64,000 nt of DNA from Eledone cirrhosa. Lineage: Eukaryota. Made by a program: the position numbers and the translations under genes. Where the stretch lies: NCBI GenBank assembly GCA_964016885.1, contig OZ024763.1, positions 17,236,001 to 17,300,000 on the forward strand, written 5' to 3'. Shown here piece by piece: positions 54,155 through 64,000 of this stretch; positions within the stretch are counted from its first letter, which is position 1; each line of letters begins with the position of its first letter. The notes under the pieces were generated by a model, which worked only from the letters and a program-made list of their open reading frames with translations, had not been told where the DNA came from and made no database searches.

Positions 54155-55765
54155 ACTAGACTGGTACCTTTTTTTTTATTGATCTTGAAGGGATGAAAGG
54201 TAAAGTTGACCTGAAATATGACAAATACCATCTTAATAGGGATTTCTGATCTAGACACAAGGCCAGCAATCCCTGGGGAGAGGGGATAGTCAATTATATT
54301 GACCGCAGTACAGGACTGGTTCTTTATTTTATTGACCACTGAAAGAATGAAAGACAAAGTTGACCTCAGTGGGATTTGAACTCAGAATGTAAAGGGTCAT
54401 AACTAAATGTAGCAAAACATGTTGTCTGATGCTCTACTGATTCTGCCAACCACCCACCCTTATATACCATTGTAATGAACTCAGAATGTAAAGGGTCATA
54501 ACTAAATGTAGCAAAACATGTTGTCAGATGCTCTACTGATTCTGCCAACCCCCCACCCTTATATACCATTGTAATGAACTCAGAATGTAAAGGGTCATAA
54601 CTTAATGTAGCAAAACATGTTGTCTGATGCTCTACTGATTCTGCCAACCCCCCACCCTTATATACCATTGTAATGAACTCAGAATGTAAAGGGTCATAAC
54701 TAAATGTAGCAAAACATGTTGTCTGATGCTCTACTGATTCTGCCAACCCCCCACCCTTATATACCATTGTAATGAACTCAGCATGTAAAGGGTCATAACT
54801 AAATGTAGCAAAACATGTTGTCTGATGCTCTACCGATTCTGCCAACCCCCCACCCTTATATACCATTGTAATGAACTCAGAATGTAAAGGGTCATAACTT
54901 AAAGTAGCAAAACATATTGTCTGATGCTCTACTGATTCTGCCAATCCACCACCCTTATATACCATTGTAATGAACTCAGAATGTAAAGGGTCATAACTAA
55001 ATGTAGCAAAACATATTGTCTGATGCTCTACTGATTCTGCCAACCCCCCACCCTTATATACCATTGTAATGAACTCAGAATGTAAAGGGTCATAACTTAA
55101 GTAGCAAAACATATTGTCTGATGCACTACTGATTCTGCCAACCCCCCCACCCTTATATACCATCGTAATGAACTCAGAATGTAAAGGGTCATAACTTAAT
55201 GTATCAAAACATATTGTCTGATGCTCTACTGATTCTGCCAACCCACCACCCTTATATACCATTGTAATGAACTCAGAATGTAAAGGGTCATAACTTAATG
55301 TAGCAAAACATATTGTCTGATGCTCTACTGATTCTGCCAACCCCCCACCCTTATATACCATTGTAATGAACTCAGAATGTAAAGGGTCATAACTAAATGT
55401 AGCAAAACATATTGTCTGATGCTCTACTGATTCTGCCAACCCCCCACCCTTATATACCATTGTAATGAACTCAGAATGTAAAGGGTCATAACTTAAGTAG
55501 CAAAACATATTGTCTGATGCACTACTGATTCTGCCAACCCCCCCACCCTTATATACCATCGTAATGAACTCAGAATGTAAAGGGTCATAACTTAATGTAT
55601 CAAAACATATTGTCTGATGCTCTACTGATTCTGCCAACCCACCACCCTTATATACCATTGTAATGAACTCAGAATGTAAAGGGTCATAACTTAATGTAGC
55701 AAAACATATTGTCTGATGCTCTACTGATTCTGTCAACCCACCACCCTTATATACCATCGTAATCA
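54155..55765 (-). repeat. S2 SINE bodies followed by about 14 tandem 99-bp copies of the S2 head
   Basis: gaactcagaa at 54378, 54477...; unit rc tggcagaatcagtagagcatcagac...ccctttacattctgagttc matches 23750-23815. Confidence 0.85.
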
Positions 55766-55920
55766 TAAAATAACTAATTATTTTAGTAAATCCTTCTAAA
55801 TCCTTAATTAATTAATTAATTATTTTTAGAAACATTGAGTGTATGTGTATTTATTGAATATTAACCTAGAGTTAGAAGCTTCAATGAATGTACGTTTTGG
55901 CCTATGACAAATAGTCTAAC

Positions 55921-56077
55921 AAACTGGGCATAAAGCCCCTGGAGGGGAAAAACTTTCATCAGATTTGCTTTCGAACAATCAGTAGCTTGGTTGTCCAGGA
56001 TATAGAAGATGTGAGTTCATGTCTCACAGATAACACTGTCAACAGTTTTCCATTCCAGGGGCTTATATGCTCAATTT
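55921..56077. mobile_element. MITE-like inverted-repeat element
   Basis: aaactgggcataaagcccctggaggggaaaaact ... agttttcccattccaggggcttatatgctcaattt. Confidence 0.55.
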
Positions 56078-56084
56078 CGTTTAA

Positions 56085-56690
56085 CGTTTAACGACCATCT
56101 TCCATGCTAGCATGGGTTAGAAGAGGTTTGTCCAACTTGAGGCAAGATTGGTCGGGTGACCGTGTCTCGCAGCTATAGAACTGTTTCTGGCTGGTTTTCT
56201 ACGGCTAGATGCCCTTCTTAATGCCAACCACATTAACAGTGTGGACTGGGTGCCTTTTTACTGTGTCTCTTACGTGACCGCTTTACAGCATGGACTGGGT
56301 CCTTTTTGTCGTAACACCTACACGACCACTTTACAGTGTGGACTGGGTGTTTTTTGTCATAACACCTACATGACCACTTTACAGCGTGGACTGGGTCCTT
56401 TTTATTGTGACACCTACATGACCGCTTTACAGTGTGGACTGGGTGCTTTTTGTTGTGTCACCTACACGACCTCTTTACAGTGTGGACTGGGTGCTTTTTG
56501 TTGTGTCACCTACACGACCTCTTTACAGTGTGGACTGGGTGCTTTTTATTGTGACACCTACATGACCGCTTTACAGTGTGGACTGGGTGCTTTTTATTGT
56601 GACACCTACATGACCGCTTTACAGTGTGGACTGGGTGCTATTTGTCGCGTCACCTACATGACTACTTTACAGTGTGGACTGGGTGTTCTG
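56085..56690 (-). repeat. Second SINE/RTE 3' end with a 48-bp unit amplified about 9 times
   Basis: Same unit family as 53150-53770. Confidence 0.85.
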
Positions 56691-56791
56691 TTAGACTATT
56701 TTTCATAGTAAAAAAAATTTGTGTGTTGAAGCCTCATTGAATATTTCAATTACATATATAGTTATAGATACTGTTATACTTTGGGAGGGTG

Positions 56792-58092
56792 TAGCAGTGA
56801 TATACTATACGATACTGTATAGTATATTATATATTATATAGCAGTGATATATTATACGATACTGTATAGTATATTATATATTATATAGCAGTGATATATT
56901 ATACGATACTGTATAGTATAGTATATAGTGTAGTATATTACATGTTATATAGCAGTGATATATTATACGATACTGTATAGTGTAGTATATTATATAGCAG
57001 TGATATATTATACGATACTGTATAGTATAGTATATTATATATTATATAGCAGTGATATATTATACGATACTGTATAGTATAGTATATAGTGTAGTATATT
57101 ACATGTTATATAGCAGTGATATATTATACGATACTGTATAGTGTAGTATATTATATATTATATAGCAGTGTATATTATACGATACTATATAGTGTAGTAT
57201 ATTATATATTATATAGCAGTGATATATTATACAATACTGTATATTATATTATATATTATATAGCAGTGATATATTATATGATACTGTATCGTGTAGTATA
57301 TTATATATTATATAGCAGTGATATATTATACGATACTATATAGTGTAGTATATTATATATTATATAGCAGTGATATATTATACAATACTGTATAGTATAT
57401 TATATTATATAGCAGTGATATATTATATGATACTGTATAGTGTAGTATATTATATATTATATAGCAGTGATATATTATATGATACTGTATAGTATAGTAT
57501 ATTATATATTATATAGCAGTGATATATTATACAATACTATATAGTATAGTATATTATATATTATATAGCAGTGATATATTATACAATACTATATAGTATA
57601 GTATAGTATATATTATACGATACTGTATAGTATAGTATATATTATATAGCAGTGATATATTATACGATACTGTATAGTGTAGTATATTATATAGCAGTGA
57701 TATATATGATACTGTATAGTATAGTATATTATATATTATACAGCAGTGATATATTATACAATACTATATAGTGTAGTATATTATATATTATATAGCAGTG
57801 ATATATTATACAATACTATATAGTATATTATATATTATATAGCAGTGATATATTATACGATACTGTATAGTGTAGTATATTATATATTATATAGCAGTGA
57901 TATATTATATGATACTGTATAGTATAGTATATTATATATTATATAGCAGTGATATATTATACGATACTGTATAGTGTAGTATATTATATATTATATAGCA
58001 GTGATATATTATACGATACTGTATAGTATAGTATATTATATATTATATAGCAGTGATATATTATACGATACTGTATAGTGTAGTATATTATG
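56792..58092. repeat. AT-rich minisatellite of about 47-67 bp
   Basis: gcagtgatatattatacgatactgtatagt units. Confidence 0.9.
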
Positions 58093-58562
58093 TATATAAT
58101 ATATAATATATATATGAGAATGTTATGTATGAGAAAGAATACAGAGGCAAAGTTTGATCAAGTTGTTTTAGTATTTTATTAAAAAGACAACTGAAAAAGA
58201 TAACCGAAAACTTCATTAAAAAACAAAGATAAAATAAAACCTCTGTTGAAATGAAATGAAAATTTCTATCATCTTATATTGCTTTCTTTATTCATCATCA
58301 TCAGCATCATTGTCACCATCATCATCATTATTATCATCCAACATTATCACCATCACCACCATCACCATCATCACCTCCACAACCACAACCACCACCATCA
58401 TCACCAGGACCATCACCACCACTACCATCACCACCACCACCACCATCTCTTCTCTCTCTATAATTCTTAGTCTTTCTTTTTAGATAGATACATAGATATA
58501 ACGTTGCGCCCTTATAATATCTGTCTGTATGTCTGGCTGTCTGCATTATGACATTATGACGC

Positions 58563-58638
<76 letters not shown>

Positions 58639-58789
58639 AATATATATATATAGTGTGTAACGTTTTTCGAAATATTTACTTCTGCGTTCATAGATTGATT
58701 TTTTTTTAGTTTCAGAAGTTAAGGGTGAAAGCAGCGATTCTTTGCTTAAACTTTAATCTGTTATTTTAATATATATATATATATATTTA

Positions 58790-59086
58790 ATTATATATTC
58801 ATGTACAGATATTTTTGCATACACAATAACGAAATATAAACAAATGTATTTATTTCACGAGGCTCGACAGCAGCAAAAACAACAACAAAAAAGAGAGGGA
58901 ATGCAATTACATGCTTTTGAAAAATCTTAATGCAAAAATTATTTGCCTATTCACCCAAGACGACTTCACTTTTTATTAGGACGTCTGCATCAATTGGTGA
59001 ACATATGACGAAACTGTTTCAGAAAGGATGGATAAACATGCCAATCTATGTTTAGAATACCGAGCAACGCCGGGCCATTCTGCTAG
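58790..59086 (+). mobile_element. Helitron-like 3' end (5' boundary uncertain)
   Basis: ccgagcaacgccgggccattctgCTAG|t resembles the 24495-24517 terminus. Confidence 0.45.
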
Positions 59087-59107
59087 TTATTATTAAAATA
59101 AAGAAAG

Positions 59108-59147
<40 letters not shown>

Positions 59148-60059
59148 TTGCTGCTAATTACTCATAATTAAAAACAAAATATTATTCCAGTTAAGAAACA
59201 TTTTCGAATTTATTAAATCATTTTACTTTACGAACAAGAAAACGAGTTTATAATAACGTATTTTATTTGTTATTTGTTATTTTTGTAAAATGTTTTTACA
59301 GTGAACTTTACTTTTTATTTCTTCATTTTTTCCTTCCTTTTTCATTTCTTTTTTTCTTCTTTCTTTCACCCATCCCATATCAGTCTTTCTTTCAACTCAT
59401 TCATCCTCTTTCTTTCATTTTATTCATTCATTTCTTCTCTCATTCTTTCTTTCTCTGTCTTTCGTTTGGAAATATATTTTTTTAACAAAAAATAAATAAA
59501 TAAATAAGATAAGATAAAATTAAATAAAAAAACATAAAAATAAATTAAAAAAATTAAATATATAAAGAAATAGATAAAAAAAATAATAAATAAAAAATAA
59601 AATCAATAAAAATTAAATACATAAATAAAAAATTAAATAAAAAGAAATATAAATATAAAAATAAAAGTTTAAAAAATAAATATAATTTCAAATCTGATTG
59701 CAAGAACACATTTTTTGTATAATGTAATTTGATAATGTTATTTGCTGTCTCTAAAGAAGTAAATTAATCTAAATTACATTTTTAAAAAAAGTCTTCATGC
59801 AATACATTTATTATTTTATTATTTCAGTGGTGGGGGTCGGTAGGAGGGCAACAGGAATTTATTTAGATACATTAAACTTTGTAGAATATCTTAGAAATGT
59901 AACTTTTATGAAGTGCGTTATGTTAGTAGCATATATATATATATCATATATATGCATAACACATATACATACATACATGTGGGTGGGTGTATATATATAT
60001 ACCTACTCATATACACATAGATATATACATACATACATATATATGTGTACAATACACAC

Positions 60060-60094
<35 letters not shown>

Positions 60095-60162
60095 CATATA
60101 CATCATATATATGCATAATACATATACACACTTTCATATATATATATACACACTCACACACA

Positions 60163-60212
<50 letters not shown>

Positions 60213-60294
60213 CAGTATGCCCATCCTAACATTCATGTAGTATATGAACATTTACGCTAATAGTATATACATAATACATAAATGCATGTGTGCC

Positions 60295-60349
<55 letters not shown>

Positions 60350-60466
60350 ATATATGTGTGTGTGTGTGTGTATATATGTGTGTGTGTGTATATATATATG
60401 GGCAGCAACTGCAGAACATATGACCCATCCCAACCTTGCAAGCAAGGAAAAGCGGTCGTAAAATGA

Positions 60467-60521
<55 letters not shown>

Positions 60522-60524
60522 AAG

Positions 60525-60741
60525 GAACGATCGACTTTCGTCCAATCGGACCGAGGGAACAATGTTTCCGTTGGTCTTTCCAGTTGCTAATACTATCTAT
60601 CGGTCGCAACTCCAGGTAGAAGGAGCAACGTGAAATAAAGTGTCTTGCTCAAGGACATAACGCATCGCCTGGTCCAGGAATCGAACTCACAATCTTACGA
60701 TTGCGAATCCAATTCTCTAATCACTCAGCCACACGCCTTCA
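60525..60741 (-). mobile_element. S3 SINE
   Basis: Matches 35095-35290; A and B boxes on -. Confidence 0.75.
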
Positions 60742-61211
60742 CACACATATATATATATATATATATGCGGTGCCCCAGCATGGCCTCAGCCGGATGGCTG
60801 AAACAGGTAAAAGAGTAAATATATATAGTGGTGATCTAGTTAATATGTTGAGCACTACTGAAGATCGACCCCAACCGTGACTAACCCCACTGAAAAGTTT
60901 CGTGAAATAGTCTTTTAAGACTATATAGTGCGTTTGTAGTTTTCCCCAAATTGACGGTTAAGTATTTCTTCTTGATTTTATTTTGAGTTAAGATTATACT
61001 GCTTTTCCCCCAACTTACACAATTGTACTGCTTTTCCCCCAACTTACACAAAGTCTGAGGATAAAGTTTTTCTTCTTGATTTGTTTTAAATTAAGATTGT
61101 ATTACTTTGCCCTCATCTTACATTAAAATGTTGTTCATCTTGATGGTATGGTCACTTATATGTCTGAATTATTGTTGGCATTTTACTTACATTAATTTCT
61201 CTATTTTCATT

Positions 61212-61270
<59 letters not shown>

Positions 61271-61837
61271 ATGTAGCATGACCCTCCCAAAATACGAGAA
61301 TATCTGTTTCAACACACAATTTCATAGCAGGAATCTTACAAAACAAATGCAAAAATGAAGTATATAAAATCACATATATATAAAACCAAGCTGAAATAGT
61401 AGATCAGAAATGAACGTGGCGCAATGGTCATATTAGCGTCCCTGCGCATGTGTTTTACAAACACACAGGCCAGTTAGGAAAGAATACTTTAAAACGCTCA
61501 TTTTGTTTTGTTTTAAACTCCTTCAGCTTCACTTTTGAAAAGAGGGTTATAGCCCCGAAATATCATGTTGAAGTATACTGGGTAAAACATTACTTTGTTT
61601 TGTTTTATTAGTCATCATTTGTCCTTTGTAATTTGCTATGGGATTGTACCAGCTTTATAAAAATTATTGGTCTTTTACTGTCTGTGCCATAACAGTCTAT
61701 AGTGAAATCTACAGAGGCTAAAAACTTCATCAGCCTTTTTTGGTTATATTGGTAAATTTCAATATAAACCAACACACACACACGTGTGTATGTGTATATA
61801 TATATATATATATATTCATTCATACTCATTCTATTTT

Positions 61838-62400
61838 CTGATGACCGCTGGGTAAAGAAGTGCCAAGAAATCCCATTAGAAGGAAGACACAGTAGAGGTA
61901 GACAACGGAAAACATGGGCAGTGGTGGTGAGAGCTGACCTCAGATCGCTGAAGCTCACGGAGGAGATGACGAAGGACCGCGACAAGTGGAGAGATGCTGT
62001 GCTGGATAGAACCCTTCCCACCCTTGCAGGCAAGGAAAAGTAGACGTAAAATGATGATGATGATGTAGGTGATTCAGTGAATTACTGGTGGTGGTGGTGG
62101 TATAAAAAAATCTAATACATGTAATACTGCGGGAGAGAAGACTGCGTTAGTTTGGACATGTGATGCGCATGGAGGATGACCGCTGGGTAAAGAAGTGCCA
62201 AGAAATCCCTGTTGAAGGAAGACGTGGTAGAGGTAGACCACGAAAAACATGGGCGGAGTTGGTGAGAGCAGACCTCAGATCGCTGAAGTTCACGGAGGAG
62301 ATGACGAAGGACCGTGACGAGTGGAGAGATGCTGTGCTGAATAGGACCCGTCCTACCCTTGCAATCAGGGAAAAGCAGACGTTAGATGGTGATGATGATG
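61838..62400 (+). mobile_element. Two tandem RTE LINE 3' fragments (61838-62065, 62127-62400)
   Basis: DDRWVKKCQEIP.EGR..RGR.RKTW twice; (ATG)n tails. Confidence 0.9.
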
Positions 62401-62560
62401 GACTAGCGTCCGAAACATTTAGACTTTTCCTACTGTAATAAGTGTGAAACTAATATATATCTTCATTGTACCTCATTTTCTGTTGTTTTTTTTCTGTTTA
62501 CTTGCCACACACAGATGCTGTGTGTGTGTATGTCTTTATATATATGTAATCACATATATA

Positions 62561-62591
<31 letters not shown>

Positions 62592-62644
62592 AAATATATA
62601 TGTATATATCTGTGTAAATATATGTGTGTGTGTGTGTATATATA

Positions 62645-62677
<33 letters not shown>

Positions 62678-63387
62678 GTGTGTGTGTGTATATATATATA
62701 TATATAGGTTTGTGTGTGTAAATATATATGTATATAGCTGTGTAAATATGTGTGTGTGTGTATATATATATGTGTATAAATATATGTGTGTGTGTATATA
62801 TATATATGTGTGTGTATGTATGTATGTATGTGGGAGTGTATATATAGTCTGTGTATATAAAAACATGATGTAAAAAATCCCAACCAGAAATGAGGTTATA
62901 AAAAACTTTTTTAAATCCGTTAAATGAGTTTTTGCTCCGATTTCTTTTTAATTAATTCTAAAATCAAATTTTTAATCACTTACATTTTAAATGGTTGAAC
63001 ATGAGAGAGGGAGGGAGGGAGAGAGAGAGAAAGAAACAAGGAAGGAGAGGCAGTGTGTGAGAGAGAGAGGGGGGAAAGAAGAAGAGGCAGTGAGAGAGAA
63101 TGAGAGAGAGAGAGAATCACTTGCATTTTAAATGGTTGGACTTTCAAGAGTGTAAGGAGAGACAGTGTGTGAAAGAGAGAGAGTGAGAGAGAGAGAGAGT
63201 GTGTATGAAAGAGGGAGAGTTTGTGTGTGTGTGAAAGAGGGAGAGAGCGGTTAAGGGAGAGACAGAGAGGGAGAAAGAATCACTTGCATTTTAAATGCTT
63301 GAACATTCTGGAGAGAGAGAGAATTTTATTGAGTGGGAGATATACACATGTGTGTACACACACTCACACACACACACACACACATTC

Positions 63388-63443
<56 letters not shown>

Positions 63444-63454
63444 ACGTACATACA

Positions 63455-63945
63455 TATATGTATACAGACGTACAGTAGTATGTATATATATATTATATAC
63501 ATACATGCACACATATATATATGTACGTATGGATTCACCGAACATTTATTATAATGCTCGGTGTGTTTGTAAACAAACATCCCGTATTAAGCCGTAGTGT
63601 CTAGCAACCATCATTGCTCATTTGTTCAACACCGTTAATATGCATAAGGAAAGTATATACTTTCAGACGTTCAATCATCTGGCAGGAAGGTATACGTTGC
63701 TGAAGATAGCTAATAAGCTTGAAACTAGTTCAGCGTTCCTTTGTCAGTGTTGAACAAACGAGCAACGATGGTTGCTGGACACTGTACGGCTTAATACGGG
63801 ATGTTTGTTTACAAACACACCGAGTATTATAATAAATGTTCGGTGAATCCATACGTACATATATATATGTGTGTGCATGTATGTATATCTATATACATAC
63901 TACTGTACGTCTGTATACATATACATACTTATATTTAAGTAACAG
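63455..63945 (+). mobile_element. Penelope-like inverted-arm insertion, family I
   Basis: 63455-63632 is the reverse complement of 63747-63923; hammerhead in the loop region. Confidence 0.8.
63695..63735 (+). ncRNA. Minimal hammerhead, family I
   Basis: cgttg-CTGAAGA-t-agct[aata]agct-t-GAAA-ctag-T-T-cagcg; palindrome ACTAGT. Confidence 0.85.
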
Positions 63946-64000
63946 CCGTAGTCACGACAAAAAAAACACACAGTCCACGCTGTAATGTGGCCGTGTAGGT

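Overview
AT-rich eukaryotic, almost entirely non-coding DNA. The repeat content looks like a coleoid cephalopod, probably Octopus (inference): (TA)n/(CA)n microsatellites, minisatellites, tRNA-head SINEs sharing 3' ends with RTE LINEs, R4/Dong-like RLE LINE fragments, mariner, Merlin, MITE and Helitron relics. No intact gene is evident. Nearly all long ORFs are translations of tandem repeats, and two short minus-strand segments may be exons of a host gene. The main signal is about 20 short insertions from at least 9 sequence-unrelated families, mostly sitting in (TA)n tracts. They share one architecture: an inverted arm, a direct arm and a 3' tail, forming 150-800 bp fold-backs. They carry minimal type I hammerhead ribozymes (CUGANGA/CCGAAGA...GAAA) whose helix III is usually a palindrome that differs between families. 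Many tails share the motif TRTTGAGTRCT. This matches Penelope-like retroelement pLTR remnants, here forming a dense, diverse, microsatellite-targeted hairpin/ribozyme system.
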